Of a DNA stretch of 64,000 bases, positions 11,027-23,085 are shown one piece after another. The DNA lies in assembly GCA_963705105.1 (NCBI GenBank), contig CAVPIW010000010.1:128001-192000 (forward strand). Direction: 5' to 3'. A program made the position numbers and the translations under genes. Below the pieces are notes generated by a model. That model was not told where the DNA came from, searched no databases, and saw only the letters and a program-made list of their open reading frames with translations. How positions within the stretch are numbered: position 1 is the stretch's first letter; every line of letters starts with the position of its first letter. The DNA comes from an uncultured Nitrospiraceae bacterium. GTDB taxonomy: Bacteria; Nitrospirota; Thermodesulfovibrionia; Thermodesulfovibrionales; Dissulfurispiraceae.

Positions 11027-14000
11027 ATGTCCATGAGAGAACAGGAGAAAAGACGAGGCTCCGACCTCTTCATCGTCGACAACAGTGACGACCTTTGGAA
11101 GGTCAAACACTACCTTCACGAGTGGGCCGACATCTCCACCCAGTTCGACATTGCCACGGGATTCTTCGAAATCGGCGCCCTGCTTGCACTTGAAGGCCAG
11201 TGGCAGAAGCTCGACAAACTCCGCATCCTCATGGGTGACGAGGTCTCGTTCCGCACCAAGAAGGCCCTCCAGGAAGGCATCCAGTCTGCAAAGCAGAAGC
11301 TCGATCAAAGCATAGAGAACGAGAAGGAGAAGAACGACTTCCTCGCGGGCGTCCCGGCAATCGTCGATGCCTTAGGGAAAGGGCAGATCGAATGCCGCAT
11401 CTACAACAAAGAGAAATTCCACGCCAAAGCCTATATCACCCACTCAAAACTCGCCGTCGTCGGCTCAGCCGCACTCGTTGGATCCAGCAACTTCACCAAT
11501 CCCGGTCTAACAAACAACGTTGAACTGAACATCCAGATCCGGCGTGAGGTTGAAGTGCTCCAGGAATGGTTTGAACGCCATTGGAAAGATGCCGAAGAGA
11601 TTACTCCCGAAATACTCAAGGTCATCGAGCGGCACATCCGCGAATATACTCCTTTTGAGGTCTATGCGAAAGCCCTTCAGGAGTACTTTAGAACGTACGA
11701 GATGACACCCTCCGCTTGGGAGCAGACAGAGTCAAAGATGTACCCTATCCTTGACCAGTACCAGAAAGAAGGGTACCAGGCGCTCGTGAAAATTGCGCGG
11801 CAGTATGGCGGTGCCTTCATCTGTGACGGCGTCGGTCTGGGCAAGACCTTCGTCGGCCTCATGCTCATTGAGCGGCTCGTCATGCACGAAAGAAAGAGGG
11901 TGGCCCTATTTGTGCCGAAGGCCACTCGTGCAGACGTTTGGGAGAGGGACATCAGACGCTACCTCTCCCATGTCGGCGGCATACGAGGAGGCGATTTCAG
12001 CAACCTCGTTATTTTCAACCACACAGACCTCAACAGATCCGGCGATTTCCCCTATCGGTTCGAGCGCATCAAGGAACTTGCAGACGCTATTGTGATTGAC
12101 GAGGCCCACCACTTCAGGAACCCTGGCTTCAGGGGAATAGGGGGGCGCATCAAAGGGACAAAGGAGCGCAAACTATCGCGTTACTGGTACCTCTATGACC
12201 TCCTTGAGAGCGGAAAGTGCTCTAAAGAAGTCTACATGCTCACCGCCACCCCCATTAACAACTGGCTTGACGATTTCCGTCACATGGTGGAACTCTATAC
12301 GCGCCTTCGGGATGACTACTTCAAATCTTCACTCGGCATCCACTCTTTGAAGGGGCATTTCATCAGGATGGAGAAGGACTTGAAGAAGACACTGGGCAGC
12401 GAGAGCCCCGGTCAGGTCACCGAGATCAACCTGTTAGAGGCCGAACGAGCCCTCTCGTCAGACAGCCTGTTCCAGGCACTCGTTGTGCAACGGAGCCGCG
12501 CATACGCCAAAGAGAGCCAGTTCAAGCAGAAGGGCACCGCAGCGATTTTTCCGGAAAGGCAAGACCCCCAGGTGGCCGACTACTCCGTGAAGAAAACATA
12601 CGGGCGGCTTCTGTCATTGGTCGAGACAGCATTTGTGAAAGATAAACCACTCTTTGTCCTGGGTATTTACTACCCCCTCGCGTACTATAAAGGGCCCGAC
12701 ACTTCCGTTGATCCCTTTGTCAAAAACCGACAGAAGCAACTGATCGGCCTGATACGCACCCAGTTCCTGAAGCGATTTGAAAGCGCGGCACACGCCTTTG
12801 AGCGCTCCTGTGACAGGCTCCTCCTCAAGCTACTTTCCTGGGCGACAAAGCACAGTGAGTCCGACGCCGAGAAACGCCATCTTGATCGCTGGATGGCACA
12901 GCGCGCAGAGACCATCGATTATGTCCGGCAGAGACAAAAGGAGCTCTTCGGCGACGACGAGGAACTTGACGAAGACATCGTCACGGAAGAGATGCTTGAA
13001 GATGTCCAGCAGCTCAACAGGGACGAATACAAGGTCGATGAGATCCTCGACGACACCTACCTCGACATGGACGAAATCTGCAAGTTCCTCGAGGAACTGC
13101 GGAAATTTGAGCCGAAACATGACGACAAGCTCAAGGCCCTCATCAAGCTCCTGAAGACCGACCCCGTTTTGAAGAAAGAGAAAGTCCTCATCTTCTCCGA
13201 GTTTGCCGAGACGGCCCGCTACCTCCATAAGCAGCTCCGGGAAGCCGGTATTCCCGGTGTCGAACAGATCGATAGCGGCACAAAGAGAGACCGCAGCGAC
13301 ATTATCCAGAGGTTCTCGCCCTACTATAACGGCACCTCAAGCGCAGAGATAATGGATGCCGGTAAGGAAGAGATCAGGGTCCTCATTTCCACTGATGTGC
13401 TTTCAGAGGGCTTGAACCTTCAGGATGCCACAAGACTTATCAACTACGATCTTCACTGGAACCCTGTCCGCCTCATGCAGAGGATCGGCCGTGTCGACCG
13501 ACGCATGAACCCCGAGACTGAGCAAATAATACTTCAGGACCACCCGGAACAGAAAGACCTCAGGGGCAAGGTCGCCTACTGGAATTTTCTTCCCCCCGAA
13601 GAGCTCGACGATCTCCTGAAACTCTATGCCCGAGTCTCTCACAAGACACTGCGCATCTCAAAAACCTTCGGCATCGAGGGCAAGAAGCTCCTGACACCCC
13701 ACGACCACTTTGAAGCTCTGAAAGAGTTCAACCATGCCTATGAGGGAACGACGACCCCTGTTGAGAAGATGCACCTTGAGTACCAGCAACTGTTGATCGA
13801 CAACCCCGACCTGCCTGAGCGTCTTGCCTTGTTGCCGGGCCGGGTCTTCAGCGGGAAACAACACCCCAAACCGGGGACCAAGGCAGTCTTCTTCTGCTAC
13901 GCGCTTCCCGGTCCGGCTGCCACCCATGACGGAGACGGCAATGAGTGCGAGGTGTGGACAGACGAGGCCGGTGTCACGCGGTGGTATCTCTACGACGTTC

Positions 14001-14209
14001 AAAGGGAGGCGATCATGGAGGACCCCACGGAAATCGTGGAGTTCATACGGTGCAAACCTGATACCCCGCGGCACAGGACGCTCCCCGAGCAAAATCTGTC
14101 GCAGATCAGGGTCTCCATTGAGAAACACATCAAGAATACATACTTCAAACGCATTATGGCCCCTGTTGGAGTCAGGGCAACGTTGAAAGCCTGGATGGAG
14201 CTTTCCTAA
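11027..14209 (+). CDS. PLD-nuclease domain + SNF2-like SF2 helicase (RM/defence associated)
   Basis: FHAKAY...GSSNFT (PLD), DGVGLGKT (Walker A), DEAHH, TATP, SEGLNLQ, QRIGRVDR. Confidence 0.9.
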   Translation: MSMREQEKRRGSDLFIVDNSDDLWKVKHYLHEWADISTQFDIATGFFEIGALLALEGQWQKLDKLRILMGDEVSFRTKKALQEGIQSAKQKLDQSIENEKEKNDFLAGVPAIVDALGKGQIECRIYNKEKFHAKAYITHSKLAVVGSAALVGSSNFTNPGLTNNVELNIQIRREVEVLQEWFERHWKDAEEITPEILKVIERHIREYTPFEVYAKALQEYFRTYEMTPSAWEQTESKMYPILDQYQKEGYQALVKIARQYGGAFICDGVGLGKTFVGLMLIERLVMHERKRVALFVPKATRADVWERDIRRYLSHVGGIRGGDFSNLVIFNHTDLNRSGDFPYRFERIKELADAIVIDEAHHFRNPGFRGIGGRIKGTKERKLSRYWYLYDLLESGKCSKEVYMLTATPINNWLDDFRHMVELYTRLRDDYFKSSLGIHSLKGHFIRMEKDLKKTLGSESPGQVTEINLLEAERALSSDSLFQALVVQRSRAYAKESQFKQKGTAAIFPERQDPQVADYSVKKTYGRLLSLVETAFVKDKPLFVLGIYYPLAYYKGPDTSVDPFVKNRQKQLIGLIRTQFLKRFESAAHAFERSCDRLLLKLLSWATKHSESDAEKRHLDRWMAQRAETIDYVRQRQKELFGDDEELDEDIVTEEMLEDVQQLNRDEYKVDEILDDTYLDMDEICKFLEELRKFEPKHDDKLKALIKLLKTDPVLKKEKVLIFSEFAETARYLHKQLREAGIPGVEQIDSGTKRDRSDIIQRFSPYYNGTSSAEIMDAGKEEIRVLISTDVLSEGLNLQDATRLINYDLHWNPVRLMQRIGRVDRRMNPETEQIILQDHPEQKDLRGKVAYWNFLPPEELDDLLKLYARVSHKTLRISKTFGIEGKKLLTPHDHFEALKEFNHAYEGTTTPVEKMHLEYQQLLIDNPDLPERLALLPGRVFSGKQHPKPGTKAVFFCYALPGPAATHDGDGNECEVWTDEAGVTRWYLYDVQREAIMEDPTEIVEFIRCKPDTPRHRTLPEQNLSQIRVSIEKHIKNTYFKRIMAPVGVRATLKAWMELS

Positions 14210-14216
14210 AGGAGCG

Positions 14217-17200
14217 ATGATTATGATCTCAGACGAAGTCGAACGTCTCCGCTCCATTAGAACATTCCCCTCTCTGGTGAAATACCTCCGGGACAAGCTC
14301 GACTGGCCTATTGAATCAGATGACTTTGAAGACCTCACGTATGACTACGAGCCTGAAGAGCTCGGGCTGGACGCCGGGACCGCCGTCAAACTCAAAGAAA
14401 TAAAACAGCTCCGTCCTCTCATCTCGAAGCAGCCCTGGGGCATTTTCTTCATCAACTTCGAGCCGAAGACTCTCCCTATCGTCGTGTTGCGCCGTATCCT
14501 CCGCTCCCTTGTCATCAAGAAACGCGCTTCTGCCCAGAGGGCGTATCAGGCAACCTGGAACCTTCATGATCTCCTGTTCATCTCGTCATATGGTCAGTCC
14601 GAGCAAAGGGAGATCACCTTTGCCCATTTCAGCGAACCGGCAAATCGCCTTTTCGGCGACCTACCAACGCTTCGGGTCCTCGGGTGGGATGCTGAAGACA
14701 CCGTCCTCAAGCTCGACTACGTCGTACAGATGCTCTCCGACAAACTGCGCTGGCCCGATGATGAGAAGGACATCGAAGGCTGGCGGAAAAGATGGTCTGA
14801 TGCGTTCGTACTGCGTCCCCGGGAAGTGATAAAGACATCAAAGCAGTTGGCTGTCCGGCTGGCCGATCTCGCCAAGAGCATCCGTCAGAGAGCGAACCTT
14901 GTTCTTCATGTTGAGTCAGAAAGTGGTCCTCTGAGAAAACTGCACGAGGCGTTCAAGACGGCGCTCATTCATGATTTGACGCAAGACGATTTCGCGGATA
15001 TGTATGCTCAGACCATCACATACGGGCTTCTCGCTGCCAGAATGTCACGCCCTGTTGGGGTCATCGCCGACAATCTGAAAGACATGGTCCCGATAACGAA
15101 TCCCTTCCTCAGGGACATGATGGGCACCTTCCTCACCGTCGGTGGACGGAAAGGCAAGATCGACTTTGATGAACTGGGGATACAAGAGGTCGTCGACCTG
15201 TTGAACAACCCCGATACACACATGGACGATGTCCTGCGCGATTTCGGCAACCTCAGAATGCAGGAAGACCCCGTCATTCACTTCTATGAGGACTTCCTGC
15301 GTGAGTACGACAAGAAGAAGAAGGTCCAAAGAGGCGTCTTCTTCACCCCCCGCCCTGTGGTCTCCTACATTGTACGGAGCGTTGACGAGTTGCTGAAGGC
15401 GGAATTCGGTCTTGAAGACGGCCTTGCCTCGACAGTGTCATGGGGTGAGATGGTCGAGAGACATCCGGATATCAAGATTCCCGAGGGTGTGTCACCGAAT
15501 GAACTATTTGTCCAGATACTCGATCCCGCTACCGGCACAGCCACATTCCTTGTTGAAGTCATCGAGGTCATATATAACACGATGATTGACAAGTGGAAAA
15601 AGGAAGGCCACATGGCGCTGGAAGTGCCGGTGCTATGGAATGAATATGTTCCGAAGCATCTTCTTCCCCGTCTCTACGGTTTTGAGCTAATGATGGCACC
15701 CTATGCTATCGCACACATGAAAATTGGATTGAAACTCGCCGAGACCGGCTATCGTTTTGGTAGTGAGGAACGGGCACATATTTATTTGACGAACAGCCTG
15801 GAGCCCTCGACTGACGCAGCGGAACAACCGTTATTTGAAGAATGGGCACCGGCTCTGGCTCACGAGGCGAAAGCGGTTAATAGGATTAAGAAGCAAAAGC
15901 GGTTCACGGTTGTAATCGGAAATCCACCGTATGCCAAGTTGTCTGCAAATCGCTCACTGCTGCCGAGTCACTTGTTGAAATTTACAAGCGCCTAGTTCCT
16001 GATGAACGTAATGTTCAGCCACTCTCAGATGACTACGTTAAGTTTATAGCCTATGGCGTTTCCCTTCTGACACAAAGCTCTCAGGGTGTTTTGTCCGTCA
16101 TCACCAATCGCGGATGGCTTGACGGATTGATACATAGAGGGATGCGGGCCTCGGTCCTCGAGCATTTTGATCGAGTATTCATATTGGACTGCCACGGAGA
16201 CAGCAATGTGGGTGAGGCTGTTCCTTTAGGATTTGATAACGAAAATGTGTTTGAGATTCAACAGGGTGTTTCAGTGTCCTGCTTTTTACGCAGAGGCCGA
16301 AATTCAACAATGGCTGATGTATGGCGGGGTGACTTGTGGGGTTCAAGGGCCGATAAATACTCCAGGCTACTGGCTGGCACAGCGATTTCATGTACGCACA
16401 AGATCATTGACCCCAAGCCGCCAAATTTCTTCTTTAAGCAACCGAATAATCAAATGGACACTGATATATATAACGTATTTTGGCCTGTCACCGATCTGTT
16501 TGGTACAGGTAATCCAAAAACAGATCAGGGCAAGGCATATGGTAATGGTATCAAATCCAACAGAGATTCCTTGCTCGTAGACTTCGATCGACACAACTTG
16601 CTTTCCCGTATGAAAAGACTCTCGGACTTATCAGTTCATGAAGAAGTGGTGCGAAAGGAACTAGATTTGGAGGACGGGCCATACTGGAACACATACAGAG
16701 AAAGAAGAAAAATAGATATAGCAAAAGCCACAGCGTATCTGATGCGCGTCACCTATCGGCCTTTCGATGATCGTTGGATGTGGTACCAGCCCGACCTGAT
16801 TCAGATTGGCCGGGGCGGAGCGAGCCCTGGAGTAATGCGCAACCTGATCACCATAGATAATAACTTAGCGCTTCTGACTTCCAGAAATTCACAGAGTCCG
16901 TCTTTTTCATCAGCATTCTGTACACGTCACATTTCCGAGATGAAGACAGCCGAATCTACTCGGGCATCATACTGCTTCCCACTATTTGTTTGCACCGAAG
17001 ATTCAGGCGGCCTTTTTTGCAATGGGCGGAGAGCTAATCTATCACCGGTATTCTTGGAAGATCTTCACAGGTCGCTCCAGCTGGAAACAGAAAGTGTGAC
17101 TGCTGAACAAGTAATCTCCTTCATATACTCAATCCTTTATAGTCCCACCTATCGCATTCGATACCGTGAGTTTCTGAAGATTGACTTTCCGCATATTCCG

Positions 17201-17947
17201 ATTCCCACCAGCATCAGCTTGTTCGGGGAGCTTGCTTGTGTTGGCGGTGAACTCATCGCACTACACTTGCTGGAGTCGCCTCTGCTCGATCACTTCATTA
17301 CCACTTATATCGGCCCAAAGAAACCTGAAGTTGTTCGAGTTGGCTGGTCGGACAACACGGTCTGGTTCGACGCCACCGCGACGAGGAAGGGACAGCCGGC
17401 AACTCCAGGCACCATCGGTTTCCGCGGCGTGCCCGAGGAGGTGTGGAATTTCCACATTGGCGGCTACCAGGTCTGCGAGAAGTGGCTCAAAGACCGCAAA
17501 GGCCGTGTGCTCTCCGAAGACGATATTGCCCACTATCAGAAAATCGTCGTCGCCATTAACGAGACAATTCGGGTCATGAAGGAGATTGACGAAGTCATCG
17601 AGCGTCATGGCGGCTGGCCTGATGCGTTTCTCAATAAGAGTGCGGCCGCGGAGAACGAAGATCCGGAAGGATCGGCCCCCTCGTCTGTCTCTGAGAAACA
17701 GGACCAATACGTCGCCACAAAACAGACGACAGCCGCCAAGAAACCTCCTTTCCCGAAAAACAACTGGAAAGTCTGGCTTAACGTCGCCAAATGGATTAAA
17801 GAGACGAAATGCCTGAACTCTTATTGGATCGATTTCGGGCATACAATCAGCACGGCTATCAAGAATCACCGTACTCTTAATGACAAACAAGTGACAGAAA
17901 TGAAAAAACTCTGGGATATGGCCGTAAAGAAAGGGTTTCGAGCATGA
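14217..17947 (+). CDS. Type ISP/IIG-like N6-adenine DNA methyltransferase with C-terminal specificity domain; one frameshift near 15955
   Basis: GVFFTP, LDPATGT and GNPPY motifs. After the shift it reads AESLVEIYKRLVPDERNVQPLSDDYVKFI into the 16091 ORF (YRPFD, IGGYQVCEKWLKDRK). Confidence 0.85.
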
Positions 17948-19087
17948 GTATTTTACTTTTCAGCAGATTCATGCAAAAGACCCACAAATATGAAAGTGCC
18001 ATAGGTATCTGGAGGCCATGAGTTGGGCAGAGCAGAGGATATTTACAGAAGAATTGTTCAAGCAGGGGAATCAGCAATCCAGCAGTTTGTCGAAGACCGA
18101 GAAGTGGAATCTATGTTCCTTGACTTCAAGCGGTCAGCTAACGACGGGGATGGGACCAAACTCGATAGGAGGGACAGGGAGAATCTCGCCAAGGCGATCT
18201 CAGGATTCGGCAACTCGGGAGGTGGCGTGATTGTATGGGGAGTTGACTGCAGAAAAACATCAAACGGAGCTGACGTGGCTTGTGAGACAAGACCTATCAG
18301 AGATGCAAAGCGATTCATAAGTTGGCTGCAGGCTGCTGTCTCTGGTTGTACCATACCTGCTCACGGCGGAGTTCAGCATGAAGCAATTCTGATTAATGAC
18401 AGCGGTGATGGATACGCGGTGACTTTAATACCGGAGAGTGATCTGGCTCCGCATCAAGAACTAATAAAAGAGAACTATTATATACGGGCAGGATCATCGT
18501 TTCAGCGAACGCCCCATTCGGTCATCTCTGGGCTGTTTGGAAGGAAACCATCTCCCAATGTCTTCTTCAGCTTCGGTCTAAAACCGCCAGCTTTCCAGCC
18601 AGATTCAAAGAATGATGAACTGATAATTATTCCTTCTTTACATCCCGCTATAGAGGGGATCTCTGTGACAATCGACCTCATGGTTAGAAATGGGGGCCGT
18701 GGCATGGCATATGATCCCTTCGTGGAATTGATGGATGGCTCGCGTCCTGGCATAAACTGTCGTATTCATATGATTGAAATGGATACGGAAAACTGGATTA
18801 TTCAGAGGCCACACGCCAATGTATTGATTCTCGTCGGGAAGAGAGAGATGCGCATTGTGCCAGGGTCATATGTTCTGCCAATCAAACTTGATATATTCCT
18901 TTCTCCTCCTTTTGATAAGGATCTTTGGATCATCGGCAGGTGCGGTTCCGGAAATGGACCGACTCACAAATTTGAGATGCGTCATGCCGCCCAAGCGCTA
19001 TTGGAATGGTATTCCCCTCTGTGTCAATATAACTGAGACACCTCCCCTATAGTAAATTAGAGTAGAGGGCGGGGAGGAATAGACAAC

Positions 19088-19597
19088 ATGATAGCTGAAG
19101 AGATGAGAGCAACCGAGGGACTGGAGATGCTTTTGATGGAGACGGAGAACTTGAAGAGAGAGGCTGTGGGGGCGAAACAAGCCGGATATCCGTTGGTGCC
19201 GGCGAGCACGACTCCTGACCCCGAGGTAGCAGACAAGGCCACCCGGCGGCGCTTTCCTGCTGAGTACAAGCTTCGCATATTGAAGCAGGCCGATGCGTGC
19301 ACCGACCCGGGGAGTCTGGGAGCGCTTCTTCGTCGTGAGGGACTGTATTCGTCGAACCTGACGACCTGGCGCCGCCAGAGGGCGCAGGGAGTGCTCTCTG
19401 CACTTGCCCCCAAGAAGCGTGGACGCAAGGAGACCGTGCGCAATCCACTCATTGAGGAAAATGAGAAACTTCGCCGGGACAATGAGCGGCTGAGGGATCG
19501 CCTGAGACGAGCCGAGATCATCATTGACGTTCAAAAAAAAGTATCCCAGATGTTGGGGGCACCCCTGGAGGGGACCGACGAGGGAGGCAACGACTGA
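19088..19597 (+). CDS. IS transposase OrfA (HTH + coiled coil)
   Basis: RRRFPAEYKLRIL...LLRREGLYSS; TGATG coupling to OrfB. Confidence 0.85.
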   Translation: MIAEEMRATEGLEMLLMETENLKREAVGAKQAGYPLVPASTTPDPEVADKATRRRFPAEYKLRILKQADACTDPGSLGALLRREGLYSSNLTTWRRQRAQGVLSALAPKKRGRKETVRNPLIEENEKLRRDNERLRDRLRRAEIIIDVQKKVSQMLGAPLEGTDEGGND

Positions 19598-20613
19598 TGG
19601 AGGCCGCCGTCACCCTGTCCGTTGATGTCGGTATCAAGGCGGCCTGTGCGTCGCTCGATATCGCCCGCTGTCAGTACTATCGGGAGCTGACAAGGAAGAG
19701 CGCGCCTGTGGCGGAACCCCGGAAGCGACCGAGCCCTCCTCGTGCATTATCTGTCCAGGAGCGGCAGGCAGTCCTGGATCACCTGCACAGCGAACGATTC
19801 GTGGACAAGGCACCCCCTGAGGTGTATGCAACTCTTTTGGATGAAGGTGCCTATCACTGCTCCATCCGGACCATGTACCGCATTCTGGAAGACAACCAGG
19901 AGGTCAGGGAACGGAGACACCAGGTGAGCCGCCCGGTGTATCAGAAACCTGAACTTCTTGCCACGGCGCCCAATCAGGTGTGGTCCTGGGATATCACCAA
20001 GCTCCTTGGTCCCGTAAAGTGGACCTACTTCTACCTCTATGTCATCCTGGATATCTTCAGCCGCTATGTTGTGGGCTGGATGGTGGCGGCAGCTGAATCG
20101 GCTGCCTTGGCCCAGAAGCTCATCAAAGAGACTTGTGCAAAGCAGCAGATCATCAAAGGACAGTTGACGATTCACGCAGATCGGGGCTCCTCCATGAAGT
20201 CAAAGCCGGTCGCCTTGCTTCTGGCTGACCTGGGGGTGACGAAGACCCACAGCAGGCCCTATACCAGTGACGATAACCCTTACTCCGAGGCCCAGTTCAA
20301 GACACTCAAGTATCGGCCGGACTTCCCGGAACGCTTCGGCAGCCTTGAGGACTCCCGGAGCTTCTGCCAAGACTTCTTCCCTTGGTATAACAAGGACCAT
20401 CGTCACTCCGGCATCGGACTGCTCACGCCCGACGTTGTCCACTATGGTCGTGCCGGAGATGTCAGGAACACGAGGATTGAGGTTCTGCGGGCTGCCTTTG
20501 AGGCACATCCGGAGCGCTTTGTTAAGAGAATCCCTGTGCCGCCCGCGTTGCCGGAGGCGGCATGGATCAACAAGTCGAAAACGGCTGCTGAGAGTGAGGA
20601 AGTAGTACACTAA
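19597..20613 (+). CDS. IS transposase OrfB (rve DDE integrase core)
   Basis: WSWDIT, IHADRG, DNPYSEAQFKTLK. Confidence 0.92.
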   Translation: MEAAVTLSVDVGIKAACASLDIARCQYYRELTRKSAPVAEPRKRPSPPRALSVQERQAVLDHLHSERFVDKAPPEVYATLLDEGAYHCSIRTMYRILEDNQEVRERRHQVSRPVYQKPELLATAPNQVWSWDITKLLGPVKWTYFYLYVILDIFSRYVVGWMVAAAESAALAQKLIKETCAKQQIIKGQLTIHADRGSSMKSKPVALLLADLGVTKTHSRPYTSDDNPYSEAQFKTLKYRPDFPERFGSLEDSRSFCQDFFPWYNKDHRHSGIGLLTPDVVHYGRAGDVRNTRIEVLRAAFEAHPERFVKRIPVPPALPEAAWINKSKTAAESEEVVH

Positions 20614-20775
20614 ATGCGGACGACAGGTGTCTCAAAATCATTGACATATTCCGCTTCGGAATACTTGACTGCTAATGCATCGACTCTCACAGATGAAGAG
20701 AAGATGGCATTCTCAACTCGGCTGTTACCAAAGGCTCAAGATCACCTCTCTTTTTAGAGACGTGCTCGCTTTTTC

Positions 20776-20804
20776 TTGACTGACCACTGCTTTTCGGCTA
20801 TTAT
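20776..20804 (+). promoter_or_regulatory. Sigma70 promoter
   Basis: TTGACT-17 bp-TATTAT. Confidence 0.6.
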
Positions 20805-20827
20805 TCAAAGAAATATATATTCATTTC

Positions 20828-21787
20828 ATGCAAAATTACCGGGGTGTGCGATTGATACAATTTCAATGCAAGAGATGCAAAGATCTGTTTTCTATAGACA
20901 ATCTATCAGATCAAGACATTAGTGTGAAAAGTTCTGATGTTAATGATCTTGAAGCTTTAAGCAAAATTATTGAACAAGTAGCGAACAGAACGAGATGCCC
21001 AAAGTGCGACTCTTCGGTTTATTTGAAATCTTTGGCAGGCATTAATTTTGATTATCCTGTTGACGTGACAAGCAAGCCAATTGTTCAAAACATTAAGAGA
21101 CTTGTCGATCTTCACAGCGAATATAAACGAAATACCCTCACGGCAGATTCTTTTATCAAATATTCTCAGGAGGCTGAGAATATTACATATGAAATCGTAA
21201 ACAATCTCATTTGGAACCCTGGCGGGCTCATTTTCATAGAAGACACGGATCTGATCAATGACGCCCTGACAGTCGTGAATGAAATTTGGAGAAGCACTAG
21301 CCTTGACGAATTATGGGAAGAAATATCCGCAGGTGGATATCGTGGGCTCATGGTCAATATACTGAGCGACTACATTGAGAGAGCAAAGTATCTCCGTCCT
21401 GTATTTGTCAGCGTCAAGCCTACAGCCGAAGTAAATCTATATTTTCACGAGGCAATGAAATCATGGCTCTTTGGAATGGATGCTGCGGCCCTTATTCTTT
21501 GCTGTGCAATAATGGAGGAGTTCTTGGGAAAAAAATATCCCAAGCTAACTCCACATGAAAGAACGAAAATAACGAAAAAAGGAAAGGGAAAAAAGGGAGA
21601 CCTTGAAGCCCTAATTGACAAGGCAAAAAAAGAACATCTGTTTGATGATACTGATTTCACAAAGGCTACAAAAGTGCGAATCCTTAGAAATGATGCAATT
21701 CATAAACGAAAAAGAATCGAGACCAATGATACATATGATGCAATAGTGAACACGGTCTCAATCGTTGAGAAATTGTTGTTGCAATGA
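20828..21787 (+). CDS. Hypothetical protein: N-terminal Zn ribbon + C-terminal HEPN/DUF4145-like domain
   Basis: CKRC...CPKC; C-terminal EAMKSWLFG..AALILC...LRNDAIH (RxxxxH); markedly AT-rich. Confidence 0.6.
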   Translation: MQNYRGVRLIQFQCKRCKDLFSIDNLSDQDISVKSSDVNDLEALSKIIEQVANRTRCPKCDSSVYLKSLAGINFDYPVDVTSKPIVQNIKRLVDLHSEYKRNTLTADSFIKYSQEAENITYEIVNNLIWNPGGLIFIEDTDLINDALTVVNEIWRSTSLDELWEEISAGGYRGLMVNILSDYIERAKYLRPVFVSVKPTAEVNLYFHEAMKSWLFGMDAAALILCCAIMEEFLGKKYPKLTPHERTKITKKGKGKKGDLEALIDKAKKEHLFDDTDFTKATKVRILRNDAIHKRKRIETNDTYDAIVNTVSIVEKLLLQ

Positions 21788-21861
21788 ATGGCAGCAACAT
21801 CTAACGGCACTTGATACGATGTGCTGACAATCATCAAAATTAACCTCAGAAGGACGATTCC

Positions 21862-23076
21862 ATGAGCACACCAACAGGACCTGCCCCCATGCCCCCTCGG
21901 ATTGAGGAACTGACAGTGAAGAATTACCGGGTTCTGCGAGATGTCCAGCTTAAGAAGATAACGCCCCTGACGGTCTTTCTTGGGCCGAACGGGAGCGGGA
22001 AGTCGACTGTTTTTGACGGCTTTGCCTTCCTGTCAGAATGCTTTTCCGTGGGGCTCCGCAAGGCTTGGGACAAGAGAGGCCGATTCAAGGAGCTTCGGAG
22101 CAGGGGGAGTGAAGGCCCGATCGTTTTCGAGTTGAAATACCGGGAGTCGCGCAATTCTCCTCTTATCACATATCATCTCGCCATAGACGAAGGGCGACGG
22201 GGTCCGTTCGTTGCAGAAGAATGGCTGAGATGGAAGCGGCATCCTCATGGTCAACCCTTCAGATTCCTTGATTTCAGACAGGGGAAGGGGTTGGTCGTCA
22301 CGGGAGAGATGCCGGATAAGGACGATCAGCGCATCGAGGAACAGCTCGATTCCACTGATATGCTTGCAGTCAACACACTCGGCCAGTTTGCGAAGCATCC
22401 CCGTGTGAGCGCCCTTCGGAGGTTCATAACAGGGTGGTATCTTTCCTATCTGTCCGCCGACAGCACCCGCTCGACTCCCGAGGCGGGGGCACAGGAGCGT
22501 CTGTCACCGACGGGTGACAACCTGCCGAACGTTATCCAGTATCTGAAGGAGCAGCATGAGGACCGTCTCGATCAAATACTCAATACTCTGTCCCGCCGTG
22601 TTCCCCGGTTGGAGAAGGTCGAAGCCGACATCATGGCGGACGGAAGATTGCTTCTTCAGATCAAGGATTCTCCCTTTGATCGACCCATTCTGTCAAAGTT
22701 TGCATCAGACGGCACGCTGAAGATGCTCGCCTATCTCACGGTTCTCTATGATCCCGATCCGCCACAGTTGATCGGGATCGAAGAGCCGGAAAACTATCTC
22801 CATCCCCGGCTTCTGCCGGAGCTTGCGGAGGAATGCAGGGAGTCGTCAACTCGCACGCAGTTGATGGTGACGACGCATTCCCCCTTCTTTGTAAACGGTC
22901 TCCGCCCGGAGGAACTCTGGGTGCTGAGTCGCGACGATTATGGTTATACAAGGGCCAAAAAGGTATCTGACATGAAGGGGATCAGGGCGTTCATGGATGA
23001 GGGCGCATTGCTCGGGGACCTGTGGATGGAAGAGCAATTCGAATTCGGCGATCCTCTGGGAAAAGGAGCACGATAG
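21862..23076 (+). CDS. ABC-type ATPase (AAA_21 / OLD-like)
   Basis: [12 protein letters not shown] signature, IEEPEN, TTHSP. Confidence 0.9.
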   Translation: MSTPTGPAPMPPRIEELTVKNYRVLRDVQLKKITPLTVFLGPNGSGKSTVFDGFAFLSECFSVGLRKAWDKRGRFKELRSRGSEGPIVFELKYRESRNSPLITYHLAIDEGRRGPFVAEEWLRWKRHPHGQPFRFLDFRQGKGLVVTGEMPDKDDQRIEEQLDSTDMLAVNTLGQFAKHPRVSALRRFITGWYLSYLSADSTRSTPEAGAQERLSPTGDNLPNVIQYLKEQHEDRLDQILNTLSRRVPRLEKVEADIMADGRLLLQIKDSPFDRPILSKFASDGTLKMLAYLTVLYDPDPPQLIGIEEPENYLHPRLLPELAEECRESSTRTQLMVTTHSPFFVNGLRPEELWVLSRDDYGYTRAKKVSDMKGIRAFMDEGALLGDLWMEEQFEFGDPLGKGAR

Positions 23077-23085
23077 GTTCACCGC

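Larger units (their letters stand above)
19016..20646 (+). mobile_element. IS3-family-like insertion sequence
   Basis: IRs TGTCAATATAACTGAGACACC (19022) / TGTCAATGATTTTGAGACACC (ending 20646); flanking direct repeat TATTCC (19010-19015, 20647-20652). Confidence 0.9.
18023..20757 (+). pseudogene. Schlafen/AlbA_2 domain protein split by the IS3-like element
   Basis: ESMFLDFK...AKAISGFGNSGGGVIVWGV...YYIRAG. Joining at the repeated TATTCC restores an open frame to TAG at 20757. Confidence 0.75.

Noticed and set aside
11027..17947. Calling the helicase/MTase pair DISARM or BREX
   Set aside because: No DrmA/DrmB (DUF1998) or PglZ/BrxC genes are present.
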